Shown: positions 21,045 through 31,082, counted from the stretch's first letter. The stretch is DNA of 64,000 nt from an uncultured delta proteobacterium (GCA_963737905.1 CAVTUQ010000037.1:32001-96000); one strand, 5' to 3'. A program made the numbers and translations. Notes: generated by a model from the letters alone, not told the origin.

Positions 21045-23081
21045 TCATTGCGCAGGAATGCATTTATGACTATTAGGACCCAGATAGCCGTTCCTGAGAT
21101 ATTCAGGAGTGAACCCGTAGTCCGAAGCGGGATTCGAACGGAGAGCCATAGTTTGAAGGTCTAGCAGCAGGTCCACGTTTTCATTGAAATAGAGCTCGTA
21201 CCACAAGATAAAACTCATCGCCTTCCAATTATTCTTGAGGCTCTGCTTTTGCGACAGATCAAGAAAGGGGTTGCTCGATCGATCGAGGATTGTCTCCATG
21301 ATGGCATGGTTATCCGCCTGGAAGCGTTCATAGGGAAAGGGAAACCCCATTTTCTTTTTCCTCCAGACCACGTCCTCGGGCAGAAGATCCTCCATGGCTT
21401 TACGAAGAATCCACTTCCGCCAGCCGTTGCGAATCAGATAAGTTACCGGCAAACGGAATGCCAGATCCGTAACCCTATAATCGAGGAGCGGGCAGCGACC
21501 TTCGATGGGCATTCCCATAACGACCTTATCGCCGGAGCAAAGCCAATAGGGCATGAGGAGACTAGTCATGTAGGCATGAAAAGCCTGGGAAGCGCTCATT
21601 GGGTACAGGGATCTCGGGAATCGTTTGCCTGTGAAGTAGAAGGGCCAACCCTCGGTGCGAAATCTCCTGACCAACTTTTGCGGAGCATATTGCTTGATAG
21701 CTTCCTTGCTCAGCGCAATAATCGGCGCTGAGAGAGAAGCGATCTTGCTGTTGGCCTCGGAATTGAGGAAGGCGTTGCGCAAATAGCGATCCATTCTTCC
21801 AGTCATCAGATTGTCTCTCTGATGGGACTGGAAATACACCCCGTAGCCGCCAAAGTTTTCGTCTCCGGCAGAACCGCTCAACAGAACTTTCGTTCCCGCC
21901 GCCCGCATATACGACCAAATAACTTGGCTGGTATGCATATTGGGCAAGTGGTACGGCTCCTCTTGCAGGTAGGTAAACGGCAGGATCTGGCACCAGAAGT
22001 TTTCGATGGGAGAATCAAGGACCCGGTAGTCCACGCGGTAACGTTGAGCTACGGACCGCGCGAAGGGTTCTTCGTTGTACTTCTCCTCAGGAAAGCGAAC
22101 CGTGTAACTGGTTATTTTGCCTGGGTAAACCTGCGCCGCGAGGGCAAGAACGACGGAGGAATCTAAGCCACCGCTCAATTCGACGCTTAGCGGCACATCA
22201 CAGCGGAGGCGGATTCGGACTGCATCTTCACACACCTCTCTGAGACGACGACAAGCTTCATCAACGGATATATCTTTTTCTCGCAGCCGTTCTTCAGGCA
22301 CCTTCCAGAATGTTGTGGAGTGGTTCGGAAAGCACTCATCGACCGTGCTCCACGAGCCTGAGGGCAGAGAATAGATTCCTTCAAAGCACGTGGTGAAATC
22401 CAAGTCCTTGATTTCATAGACCAGCCAGTCGGACGCGGAGGCTTCATTCACTCGCCGCCGGCGATAGATCTCGGGGACGCGAAGGAGAGCTTTGATCTCC
22501 GAAGCAAAATAGACCCGTGACCCAACCTTGGTCCAGTATAGGGGTCTCTGGCCTATCCGGTCACGACTCAATAGAATCGCGTGCTTCTTGGAGTCATAGA
22601 GGGCCAAGGCCCAGAAGCCGTTGAATTTCTCAAAGCAGTCTGTTCCCCAGTACTTGTAGGCAGCGAGCAGGACCTCCGTGTCGGACCGAGTGTGGAAACT
22701 AAACCCTTTTGCAATAAGCTCATCCCTTACTTCAACGTAATTATAGATCTCGCCATTGAATACCACGCAGTACTCTTGCTCCGGGTCGAAGAACGGTTGG
22801 TGTCCGCCTGAGGATAGATCAATGATGGAGAAACGCCGGTGACTCAGCCCGATGTTAAATCCATGAGCGGGCAATTCAGGTCTCAACATCGGAAAACGAC
22901 TTCGGATGTCCACCGGACTGGTCGGCCCCGAATAGTGCCGCAATCGCGAAGACGCCTGGTCAATCAAAACATAGCCCTCATCATCAGGGCCACGATGGGC
23001 GATCGCCTGATTCATAGCGAGAAGCAGCCCGGGCTCAACGGGCTTTCTATCTAGATCTATAATGCCGGCAATACCGCACAT
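21045..23081 (-). CDS. asnB: Asparagine synthase-like glutamine amidotransferase (second paralog)
   Basis: MCGIAG, HRGPDDEG, NGEIYNY, LSGGLDSS, KKMGFPFP. Confidence 0.92.
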   Translation of the reverse strand: MCGIAGIIDLDRKPVEPGLLLAMNQAIAHRGPDDEGYVLIDQASSRLRHYSGPTSPVDIRSRFPMLRPELPAHGFNIGLSHRRFSIIDLSSGGHQPFFDPEQEYCVVFNGEIYNYVEVRDELIAKGFSFHTRSDTEVLLAAYKYWGTDCFEKFNGFWALALYDSKKHAILLSRDRIGQRPLYWTKVGSRVYFASEIKALLRVPEIYRRRRVNEASASDWLVYEIKDLDFTTCFEGIYSLPSGSWSTVDECFPNHSTTFWKVPEERLREKDISVDEACRRLREVCEDAVRIRLRCDVPLSVELSGGLDSSVVLALAAQVYPGKITSYTVRFPEEKYNEEPFARSVAQRYRVDYRVLDSPIENFWCQILPFTYLQEEPYHLPNMHTSQVIWSYMRAAGTKVLLSGSAGDENFGGYGVYFQSHQRDNLMTGRMDRYLRNAFLNSEANSKIASLSAPIIALSKEAIKQYAPQKLVRRFRTEGWPFYFTGKRFPRSLYPMSASQAFHAYMTSLLMPYWLCSGDKVVMGMPIEGRCPLLDYRVTDLAFRLPVTYLIRNGWRKWILRKAMEDLLPEDVVWRKKKMGFPFPYERFQADNHAIMETILDRSSNPFLDLSQKQSLKNNWKAMSFILWYELYFNENVDLLLDLQTMALRSNPASDYGFTPEYLRNGYLGPNSHKCIPAQ

Positions 23082-23281
23082 GGGGTATCAGAGAGTCGAG
23101 GGTTGAGGGTAGAGTGTTAAGGGTCAAGAGACCAGAGACCGAGGACCGGGGACGGAAGCTGAGTGGACGAGGGCAACCAATAGCTTCCAGATTTACCAAT
23201 TTGCGAATTGCAGAATTTCGGATTTCGAATTTACCGCGGAAAATCTTCGTGTCCAAGCGCTGAGCGCTAAGCGACAAGAAG

Positions 23282-24061
23282 CTATAGGAAACGTTCGAGA
23301 TACTCCGGGATGTAGTTCCGTTTCTTGTTCAAAACGACTCCCAGTATCATGACCCCTGTGGATTCGAGATCTTTGCGAATTTTTCGCGCCACTTCAATTT
23401 TCGTGCGTTCCGCTTCCACCACCAATATGACGCCGTCCATTTTCCCGGCCAAGAAAGAGGACTCAGAATAGTCCCTCAGCGGGGAGCCATCAAAGATGAT
23501 GAAATCGAATTTTTCGCGCAGCGCGGACAACATGGCAACGATCGGTTCACTGTCAAACATATAGGAAGGAGATGTGACCGCCTTACCGCAAGGCATAAAA
23601 GACAGATTCGGTATATCCGTCTGGTAAATGGTTTGATCCAACGGGGCCTCGGCTAGAACCTTATCCGACAGTCCCATGAGCTTGGAACCCTGACCTGGCT
23701 CGAAGACCTCGTCCAGCGCCGGGGTCCTAAGGTTTGCGTCTACGAGCAAAATTTTTGAAGTCCCCGATCTAGCGAGGGTCGAGGCTAGTATGGCGGCGGT
23801 CGTCGTTCCCCCTTCCCCATGATCCGTTGCCGCCACCATGACTACCTTGGTGGCGCCATGCTTGGAGTTCGGCAGAAGGTGGCGACGAAGTCGATGATAT
23901 TGTTCCTCGACATAGGGGTCCAGATCAAAGTCGATTTTGATCGGGCGCGCTTTATCTTTGAAAACACTCAATGCGCTGAAGTTGACGCCGCGCCGTTTTT
24001 GCTGTTTTTGGCTTTTCGACTCCGCTTCCGCTTTAATCAGCGCATCAAATGTTTTACTCAC
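23282..24061 (-). CDS. CpsD/CapB-family BY-kinase domain
   Basis: LLVDANLRTP, IIFDGSP, DGVILVV, LGVVLN; Walker A reads GEGGTT. Confidence 0.88.
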   Translation of the reverse strand: MSKTFDALIKAEAESKSQKQQKRRGVNFSALSVFKDKARPIKIDFDLDPYVEEQYHRLRRHLLPNSKHGATKVVMVAATDHGEGGTTTAAILASTLARSGTSKILLVDANLRTPALDEVFEPGQGSKLMGLSDKVLAEAPLDQTIYQTDIPNLSFMPCGKAVTSPSYMFDSEPIVAMLSALREKFDFIIFDGSPLRDYSESSFLAGKMDGVILVVEAERTKIEVARKIRKDLESTGVMILGVVLNKKRNYIPEYLERFL

Positions 24062-24100
24062 AGTGTGCTCCCGGTGTTATTGTATCGATTTAGAAGAGAC

Positions 24101-24187
24101 CTCACCGCGGAGACGCTGAGGGCGCAGAGCAGAAGTTTTCATTAAAAAATACTCCGAACTCTGCGTGCTCTGTGTCTCTGTGGTGAA
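24101..24187. repeat. Family A foldback repeat (uninterrupted)
   Basis: CTCACCGCGGAGACGCTGAG...CTCTGTGTCTCTGTGGTGAA. Confidence 0.8.
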
Positions 24188-24252
24188 TCTTCTTTCACAG
24201 TGGCGTCCCCTTCGACGGAGTCTTTCATCCTGAAATTTCAAAGACGTTCCTG

Positions 24253-25779
24253 TTAAATGTTTTCTTCTGCAGAGATTTGGCGCACAGGACGTAGATCCCC
24301 ATAGTATTGGATGGTAGCTAAAACCGGCAGGCCGATCTGTTCCTCTATGTCGGCCTCGTTCCGTAACGTCTTGTTGAGGTATTCCATACCGAAAGCCGCC
24401 GCCACGGCTACTCCCATAGACAAAACGATGGCCACCGCCATCAACAGAAGCGCACTTTGATCCGCGCGCGGGAGCGGGAGCGAAGCTCGCTCTAGGATAT
24501 AGGCATTGCCGAATTTTCGCTCGTCCATGGCATCGGAGATGCGGGCCTCTTCGGCTTTTTTCTTGTAAAGGTCGAGGTTTTCTTTCTTGGCATTGACATC
24601 GCGCAGCAGGCGGTCGTACTCAAATCCCTTCCGCCTTTTATCGGCGGCTCCCGCTGAGTAGGTTTCCACTTGCCGCGTCAGAGCGATTTTCTTTTCGTTT
24701 AAGGAGCGAAGCAGAACCCGCGCCTGAAGCAACTCGTTTAGAATCCTGCGGTATACTTCATTGATGCTGATGTTTTCTGATCCAACGGAGGTTTCTTTAA
24801 CAGTTGCTATTTTTTTCTTCAGCTCTTCGATTTCCGACTCTTTGTCTTTCACCAGGCGATCATCTGCGGTGTAGCGTTGCAGGAGACCATCTCTCTCTAA
24901 TTCTAGTTGCGTGAGCCTAGTCCGAATCTGCTGGTACACGGGGTTGATAGTTATGCTCGTACTCGAAGAAACCGTCGCCTTTTGTTGCTTAAGCTGGTCA
25001 TCGAGAGTCGCTACTCTTTGTTCGGTCTCTTTAATCAAAGAATCTGTATCCTTTAAGCCTCTTTCAGACGCTGACAATGCCGTCAGATCCGCCTTAACTT
25101 CCTCTGGGGCGTCGATGATGTTCTCTTTCTGCTGGAAGGCCTTCAACACCTCTTCGCCCTTAATTAACTCAACGCGGAGTTTTTTTTCCTGCTCATCATA
25201 AAACTCCTCGATGCCCTGAGTTTTACGCACTCTAATCTGCTGCTCCAGATAAAGCTCAGCGGCCCGATTAACCATGCTTACCGCCCATTCGGGTTTATAA
25301 ACAGTCGTGACACTGATCTGAATAAGGTTAGTGCCCCGAATCGCCGTCGCCGTCAAAAGACCTTTCAGTCGACGGGCGTCGCGGCGGATTTCCATTTCGC
25401 TACGCTGATTACCAATGTTCTCATCGGGGAATGGGATGTCCGCCGCCAGGCGTTCAGCCAGTTCAGGGCTTTTGATGATTTGAATTTCCGTATTGATCAT
25501 TTCAGGCGACGGAAACAGGTTGACGCTGTTTTGGCCGCCTGTGGGAGACAGATTGAGAAACTCTCGGCTGGGGTTAATCAGTACCTTAACCGACGCAAGA
25601 TAGTGGGTGGAGCGAAACAACAAATAGAGAAACATGGGGACAATCAGCGAAATAAAAACCACACAGATCAGTCGCTTGTGCTTAAAAAGAACGTAAAGAA
25701 TCCGCCTAGGCGGGTCCTCATATGCTTGAGGAGCCTCTAGGAGCGGAATTTCTTTACCTTCTATCTGAACGAAATCCAT
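24253..25779 (-). CDS. GumC/Wzc-type polysaccharide co-polymerase (membrane/periplasmic part)
   Basis: Two TMs flanking a long coiled coil, TEIQIIKS, LPVLATI. Confidence 0.88.
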   Translation of the reverse strand: MDFVQIEGKEIPLLEAPQAYEDPPRRILYVLFKHKRLICVVFISLIVPMFLYLLFRSTHYLASVKVLINPSREFLNLSPTGGQNSVNLFPSPEMINTEIQIIKSPELAERLAADIPFPDENIGNQRSEMEIRRDARRLKGLLTATAIRGTNLIQISVTTVYKPEWAVSMVNRAAELYLEQQIRVRKTQGIEEFYDEQEKKLRVELIKGEEVLKAFQQKENIIDAPEEVKADLTALSASERGLKDTDSLIKETEQRVATLDDQLKQQKATVSSSTSITINPVYQQIRTRLTQLELERDGLLQRYTADDRLVKDKESEIEELKKKIATVKETSVGSENISINEVYRRILNELLQARVLLRSLNEKKIALTRQVETYSAGAADKRRKGFEYDRLLRDVNAKKENLDLYKKKAEEARISDAMDERKFGNAYILERASLPLPRADQSALLLMAVAIVLSMGVAVAAAFGMEYLNKTLRNEADIEEQIGLPVLATIQYYGDLRPVRQISAEENI

Positions 25780-25819
25780 GAGTTTTCCTTTCTCACGAAG
25801 AAAGAAAGATTCTCAAATC

Positions 25820-26572
25820 TCAGCTACCTCTGTAGGCGCCATAGCCAATCATTTCAGATGGAAGAATATCACGCAAATGTTGCTTGACCCACAAATCAGC
25901 CCGGCCAATCCCTGACATCGGAACATATAAGACATCATTGGTCACAAGGGTAATCTTCTCAGGCACGCCGTTCTCCAAAGATTGATTAGTATTGATGCGA
26001 CCTACTATCGGTTCCAGCCCGCCGGTATCGCGAATCAGGATCACGCTGTCCTTCTGAGCATCGTCAGTAAATCCACCGCGTTCAAAAATCGCTTGCACAG
26101 GGGTCATTTCCCCTCTGAATTCAACAATGCCTGGTGTTCTTACCTGGCCACCCACATATACCCTTCGCGGCGCAAATTGCGTAACGGTTACGATGACCTC
26201 AGGGTTTCTTAACCTCTTGGAGCTCTTCGCCGCGATTTCTTTGCCCAACTCTTCAGGAGTAAGACCGGCAGCACGAACGGAACCGACGCCGTCTAAAGTG
26301 ATGTTTCCGTCAGGACGAACAGAAACGGGCGCCTTAGGGTCTTGTTCCGGATGATAAGTGAATCTGACCATGATTAAGTCATAAGGAACCATTTTATATG
26401 TCTGCTCGGTCGGCAGAGGATCTTTAACCGGTGCTGCGCGAAGCTGTTCAGGATTAATTTCGGGAATGTGGGCGACGGGGTTGGAGCATGCGACGATTAC
26501 CAGAAAAGCTACAAGTAAAATGTCTTGCGACTTGAAGTTTTTTTTAAAGGACATTACCTTCGTTATCTCCAT
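25820..26572 (-). CDS. wza: Polysaccharide export (Wza/OPX) lipoprotein
   Basis: Lipobox IVAC, VRPDGNITL, VYVGGQVRTPG, DVLYVP. Confidence 0.9.
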   Translation of the reverse strand: MEITKVMSFKKNFKSQDILLVAFLVIVACSNPVAHIPEINPEQLRAAPVKDPLPTEQTYKMVPYDLIMVRFTYHPEQDPKAPVSVRPDGNITLDGVGSVRAAGLTPEELGKEIAAKSSKRLRNPEVIVTVTQFAPRRVYVGGQVRTPGIVEFRGEMTPVQAIFERGGFTDDAQKDSVILIRDTGGLEPIVGRINTNQSLENGVPEKITLVTNDVLYVPMSGIGRADLWVKQHLRDILPSEMIGYGAYRGS

Positions 26573-26868
26573 TGCCGTGCCCCTCTTAGATCAAATTAAC
26601 TTTACATGTTCAAGTTCCGAAATCCTAGTCACCATAGTGACTAGCGCCGCAGCCGTAACCAAGAAAAAATGGATGGCACCATCAAGGCACAACGACCATG
26701 AAGAAAGAACAATTTAACCGAAAAGAGCGCAAAGGAAAAAATGTGGGGGCAGTGTTTCGACCCTTGATCCTCGACCCTCCACTCGACTGAAATCTTCTGA
26801 AAGATATAGCTCCGCCCATAGGTATTTTACCCTTCTTTTTGGATCACGCCGAACGGATGGGAGTTGTT

Positions 26869-27462
26869 TCAGCTCACGGCTGAAAACAAGCCCGATCCTA
26901 TATTGGTAGCTGGTGGCTTGAGCCCAACCCACTCGCCTTTAATGAATTCAACGCCCAACTTCACGCTGATCTGCCGGCTCAACAGCTTCAAGAGAATCTT
27001 GACGCGGCCTTTAGCGTCGGGGGGGTCTTGGATGATTGCCATCAAACCATCAAAGGGCCCACCACGGATCTCGATCTCCTGTCCCGGCCGTAGCTCCGAG
27101 CGGGCCTTAATCAAGCCGTCAGCATCAGTCTGTTGCTTGAGAAAAGCTACCACTCTTTCGTCGAGCGGGACCGGCGTATCGCCGAAACTGACGAGCCGTT
27201 TCACTCCCGGCGACCAACTCACATAATGAAATTCCGTCGGGAGGTGAATCCGGACAAAAAGATAATTAGGAAAAAGCGGTATGATTCGCTTTCTTTTTTC
27301 GGCTACTCTGACAAGATCAAGGCGAGGAAAAAAAACATCGAGATTTTTCATGCGCAGATGAAATTGCGCTTGTTCCTCCTTATGTGGTTTACTATAAACC
27401 ACATACCAGTCCCGTTGTATGTCGTCTTCCACCCTGCAACTCTGCAAAAATGGGTTAACCAT
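26869..27462 (-). CDS. NusG/RfaH/UpxY-family transcription antiterminator (start uncertain: 27462 or 27432)
   Basis: WYVVYSKPHKE, PLFPNYLFV, KOW motif IRGGPFDGL; first gene of the cluster. Confidence 0.9.
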   Translation of the reverse strand: MVNPFLQSCRVEDDIQRDWYVVYSKPHKEEQAQFHLRMKNLDVFFPRLDLVRVAEKRKRIIPLFPNYLFVRIHLPTEFHYVSWSPGVKRLVSFGDTPVPLDERVVAFLKQQTDADGLIKARSELRPGQEIEIRGGPFDGLMAIIQDPPDAKGRVKILLKLLSRQISVKLGVEFIKGEWVGLKPPATNIGSGLFSAVS

Positions 27463-27475
27463 TAGGGACTTCGCA

Positions 27476-27490
27476 GCAAGTGACATACCA
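27476..27490 (-). promoter_or_regulatory. Sigma-54 -24/-12 promoter at head of EPS cluster
   Basis: Minus strand TGGTATGTCACTTGC (GG-N10-GC); overlaps the ORF-track ATG 27486. Confidence 0.7.
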
Positions 27491-27636
27491 AACAGACAAA
27501 ATCTTACTTAAGGCCTTAATAGATAAAGAGATTTCCAGCATAGACTAAAAATTCTACGCGGATATTATCAACAATAAATCTGCCAGTGTTGGCCGGTTGA
27601 ATATAAAAGATAATGATTTGGATCTTAAGAGATTGG

Positions 27637-27666
27637 GCCATTATTGGCTGATCAGCCAATAATGGC
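27637..27666. promoter_or_regulatory. Perfect 30-bp palindrome; candidate enhancer (UAS)
   Basis: GCCATTATTGGCTGATCAGCCAATAATGGC = two GCCA-N4-TGGC boxes, ~150 bp upstream of the -24/-12 site. Confidence 0.6.
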
Positions 27667-27729
27667 AGATATTTCTTCCTCAATTATTTGTTTCGAAAAT
27701 ATTAAATCATTAATACAATCGGAAAATTA

Positions 27730-27830
27730 TACACTGCGGAGGCACGGAGCGGCTCCCGCCGCAACCAAACTCGGAATATCTCGCTCAAACAGGGATTTGC
27801 TCGCGCCAAGACGCCAAGCACGCCAAGTCC
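27730..27830. repeat. Partial A, B and H repeats, including an unoccupied IS110-type target GCGCCAAGACGCCAAG
   Basis: CACTGCGGAGGCACGGAG, GCCGCAACCAAA, TCGCGCCAAGACGCCAAGCACGCCAAG. Confidence 0.65.
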
Positions 27831-27923
27831 GGAAGTTTGATTTCTTTGCACTGGCCTTTGCGTCTCCTTTGAAAATACGAGGGGTGGAGGGCCTCGGTCA
27901 GTCTTAGTACGACTCCTCGATTG

Positions 27924-28021
27924 CGTCATTCCAGCATGGAGTGCTGGAATCCAGGCTGACATGGATGTTTCCGGACGCGTCCTTGCAAACCTGGATGCCG
28001 GCTATCCATGCCGGCATGACG
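27924..28021. repeat. REP-like composite hairpin
   Basis: CGTCATTCCAGCA..TGCTGGAATCCAGG ... CCTGGATGCCGGC..GCCGGCATGACG. Confidence 0.65.
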
Positions 28022-28164
28022 AAGATGTGTATTTTCATGTCCTGTGGACGAGCGTAAGATCATGAATCACTCCGTGCTGAAGATAGAAAGAAAGCCACGG
28101 TTAAAGAAAAAACTTGCAGGATTCGGCTTATTTGACCTATGTTATTTCACTGGAGGTTTCGTGC

Positions 28165-29109
28165 ATGCAGTACAAAACTTTGGGACGAACGGGGTTACGG
28201 GTTAGTGTCGTAGGTCTTGGTACGATGGTTCACGCGGGCCATTTTGGCCCCATGAAGGATTCGGAGTCACTAAGCGCTATCGATGCTGCGCTCGAGCTAG
28301 GCGTCAACTTTATTGATACTTCCGACGCTTATGGAGCCGGATACTCCGAAGCCTTGCTGGGAAAAACCTTGCAGGGAAGACGAGATAAAGTCATCCTCGC
28401 CACCAAGGGCGGAAATGTCATGGTCGGGCCGGAGCGGGGCAAGAGAAACTTTGCGGCCGCTTACATCGGCCGCGTCCTTGAAGAAAGCCTCAAACGGTTG
28501 CAGACCGACTGCATCGATCTCTACCAGCTTCATAATCCCACGGTCGATGTCATCGAACACGGGGAAGTCTGGGGGGTCCTCGATAGAGCCAAAAAAGCAG
28601 GCAAGATTCGTTACTACGGCGTTTCCATCAATACCATCGACGAAGGTATCGCCGCGGTTAAAGACGGGCGGTCCGACACGATACAGCTGGAGTACAATCT
28701 CTTGGCCCAAGAACCGGCGGAAAAGATTTTCCCGCTTGCACAGGAAGCCAACGTCGGCATCATCGCCCGCATACCGCTCCGGCGGGGGGTGCTCACCGGG
28801 AAGATGACTATGGCCGATGAGCAAAGATTCCAGGGAGAGGACGTCCGGGCGCGGAGCTACAAGGGCGAGGCCTTCGCAAAAGAGCTGGCGAAGGCGGAAC
28901 AACTGCGTTTCCTTGTGCACGGGCCGGTGAAGAGTCTGGGACAAGCCGCCATCGCCTTCTGTGTCGCCCATCCCGCCGTGAGTGTCACGATTCCCGGCGC
29001 GCGCAATGAGTCGCAGATGCGCGAGAACGCGGCCGGCGCCGATGTTACGCTGCCGGCGGAGGATCTGGCGAAGGTGGCGGATCTCTGGCGCCGCGGCTTT
29101 GCAGCCTAA
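28165..29109 (+). CDS. Aldo/keto reductase
   Basis: LGRTGLRVS, FIDTSDAYG, SLKRLQTDCIDLYQLH, IPGAR; SD GGAGG before ATG 28165. Confidence 0.95.
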   Translation: MQYKTLGRTGLRVSVVGLGTMVHAGHFGPMKDSESLSAIDAALELGVNFIDTSDAYGAGYSEALLGKTLQGRRDKVILATKGGNVMVGPERGKRNFAAAYIGRVLEESLKRLQTDCIDLYQLHNPTVDVIEHGEVWGVLDRAKKAGKIRYYGVSINTIDEGIAAVKDGRSDTIQLEYNLLAQEPAEKIFPLAQEANVGIIARIPLRRGVLTGKMTMADEQRFQGEDVRARSYKGEAFAKELAKAEQLRFLVHGPVKSLGQAAIAFCVAHPAVSVTIPGARNESQMRENAAGADVTLPAEDLAKVADLWRRGFAA

Positions 29110-29110
29110 G

Positions 29111-29235
29111 CAGGCTGCTGAAAAACCTCATATGCTTCGTTGCGTTCGACCGATTTCGCGTCAACGTACAAGAAGAGTACGCCTCCGCTCATCGATCTTC
29201 GCGCGCCTCGCCTCTGAAGCTTTTTGAGCAGCCTG
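29111..29235. mobile_element. MITE (family E), 125 bp, with terminal inverted repeats
   Basis: CAGGCTGCTGAAAAA...TTTTTGAGCAGCCTG; near-identical copy at 44286-44412, right half at 38316-38352. Confidence 0.85.
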
Positions 29236-29260
29236 TATTTCAGTAGCTCTGCGACTTGTA

Positions 29261-29512
29261 TTAACCACAAAGAGCGCAAAGGTCACAAAGTCGAAAGAGT
29301 CCAGAGCCGGAAATTAGCCGAAAAAAAACGGACTGTAAGACGACCGGCAGTCTCGCTCCTGGGTTCAAAAGGTCGACCCTCAGAAATTTGCGTAGCGGCC
29401 AAATTTTTAGACACTACGAATCCGGCGACGGCCGGTCGCCCCCACATCTTTTGCGTTCTTTGCGTTCTCTGTGGTTAAGTTTTTCTTTGGTTGCGGCTTC
29501 GCCGCGGGCTAG
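29261..29512. repeat. Family H foldback plus family B right end
   Basis: TTAACCACAAAGAGCGCAAAGGTCACAAAG...TTTGCGTTCTTTGCGTTCTCTGTGGTTAA, then TTTGGTTGCGGCTTCGCCGCGGGCTAG. Confidence 0.75.
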
Positions 29513-29997
29513 AACTCGTCCTGGAAAATTCCTCTCTGACCGCGGGCTTCTTCGACGGCAACCTCCATATAGCGGATCTTGGCCGGGAAATTTTGCCGCA
29601 CCTTGCGTTTGATTTGGCCGGCAATGTATTCCGCCAACAACTCCGTGCTGGTGTTGGCGATCGGCAAAAGAATGACGTCTCCTCGCGGCAAGAGAAGCTT
29701 TTGCTTCTTGTAGATTATCTCGACCGCTTGCGCACTTTTACGCACCTGAATCGCCGCGCTGCTACTCTGTATCAAAGTACGATGATCGAGAGCGTCGCAG
29801 ACTTGTTTGACCAACGGCTTGAAAGTGATGAAGTCCAAGACGACACCCGCGCGATCCAATTCACCTTCCATGGCAACGGACACTTGATAGTTGTGTCCAT
29901 GCAGGGGCTCCCGCCGACCGTTAGCAAAGATCAAAAAGTGCGCCGATGCGAAGTTGAAATAATCTTTAGCGACTTCGATGCTGAAACGACGTGACAT
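29509..29997 (-). CDS. queD: 6-pyruvoyl-tetrahydropterin/6-carboxytetrahydropterin synthase family (QueD-like)
   Basis: FASAHF, LHGHNY, DALDHR, NTSTELLA. Confidence 0.8.
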   Translation of the reverse strand: MSRRFSIEVAKDYFNFASAHFLIFANGRREPLHGHNYQVSVAMEGELDRAGVVLDFITFKPLVKQVCDALDHRTLIQSSSAAIQVRKSAQAVEIIYKKQKLLLPRGDVILLPIANTSTELLAEYIAGQIKRKVRQNFPAKIRYMEVAVEEARGQRGIFQDEF

Positions 29998-30189
29998 GAG
30001 CGGGAGGGTACTCAAAAGCCCGAGTGCTTTCAAGGAGGACGAGTGACAAGTGTCGAGTGTCGAGTGTCGAGTGAGACGTGAGGGTCGAGGGATGAGGGTC
30101 GAGTGGGATTCAGGTTTCAGGTGTCGGGTTTCAGGTGTCAGGGCTAAGCCCGCAAGAGAGACCCGCGCAAAGAAAGAATCGGAGAATAC

Positions 30190-30277
30190 TTACCGCGGAG
30201 GCGCTGAGGTCGCGGAGTAAAGAGTTCTTGGCAAAAACATTCTCCGATCTCTGCGAACTCTGCGTCTCTGTGGTGAA
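30190..30277. repeat. Family A foldback repeat (uninterrupted)
   Basis: TTACCGCGGAGGCGCTGAGG...CTCTGCGAACTCTGCGTCTCTGTGGTGAA. Confidence 0.8.
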
Positions 30278-30363
30278 ATTTCCAGCGGGAAACTTTTCTT
30301 AGATACTTAACACGATTCTCTTGCAAGTAAGAACAGGACGCGTTAGGTCACGGGACAGCAAAG

Positions 30364-30933
30364 ATGATCTCCTCAGTCGTAATAGCCGCAGGGCGCAGCG
30401 ATAAATTGAGCGAGCAAGGGTTGCTCCTGCCATTGCGGGGCAAACCGGTGCTTCAGTGGGTGCTCGAAAGCGCGCTCGCATCGGATCTCCACGAGATCAT
30501 TTGCGTAGTGCGTGAGTTGGAAGTTGCGCGGCGGAAAATCTATCTACGTGATGAGCGGTTATACTGGCTTACGAACCCTGCGGCCGAGCAAGGTCAAAGC
30601 ACTTCGGTCACCGCGGGCCTTTGGGCGATTGACCCAAAGAGTGACGGAGCGCTCTTTCTCGCCGGCGACCAACCGATGATTCGATCTGAGCTCATTAACT
30701 CGCTGGTGGAGCGTTTCGAAAACAGCAACGCGCTGATCGTTGCGCCAAGCTTTCGAGGACAAATCTGCAATCCGTTTCTTTTTCGGCGCGATCTTTTCCC
30801 CAACCTTCTTCGGCTGACCGGCGACCGAACCGGCCGAGAACTGCTCGAGAAATACCGCAACAAAACGGCACTGGTTGAATGGAACAATGAAATGTCTTTA
30901 ATGGATTACGAAGGGACTGGAGTAGTGGAGTGA
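30364..30933 (+). CDS. MocA-like molybdenum cofactor cytidylyltransferase / NTP transferase
   Basis: VIAAGRS, GQSTSV, AGDQPMI, NPFLF, LTGDRTGR. Confidence 0.8.
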   Translation: MISSVVIAAGRSDKLSEQGLLLPLRGKPVLQWVLESALASDLHEIICVVRELEVARRKIYLRDERLYWLTNPAAEQGQSTSVTAGLWAIDPKSDGALFLAGDQPMIRSELINSLVERFENSNALIVAPSFRGQICNPFLFRRDLFPNLLRLTGDRTGRELLEKYRNKTALVEWNNEMSLMDYEGTGVVE

Positions 30934-31082
30934 TGCACTTGCCGGGAGCAAAGCCCTGCGTCTCTCCCTTCGGACGAGTTTGCTTTGGTTGCGCCACCGT
31001 TTTTCCTTCGCCACGTCACAAGCATACACATATCAGTTCCGACAACAACTGCCGGCAAGGCATTTGAATGTAGAGATTTTCC

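Noticed and set aside
26674-26688. Sigma-54-like TGGCACCATCAAGGC
   Set aside because: Wrong strand, poor -12, and part of a degenerate family H repeat.
26805-26820. ops element (minus-strand GGGCGGAGC) for the RfaH-like protein
   Set aside because: It lacks the T of GGCGGTAG and the downstream TG; too weak to call.
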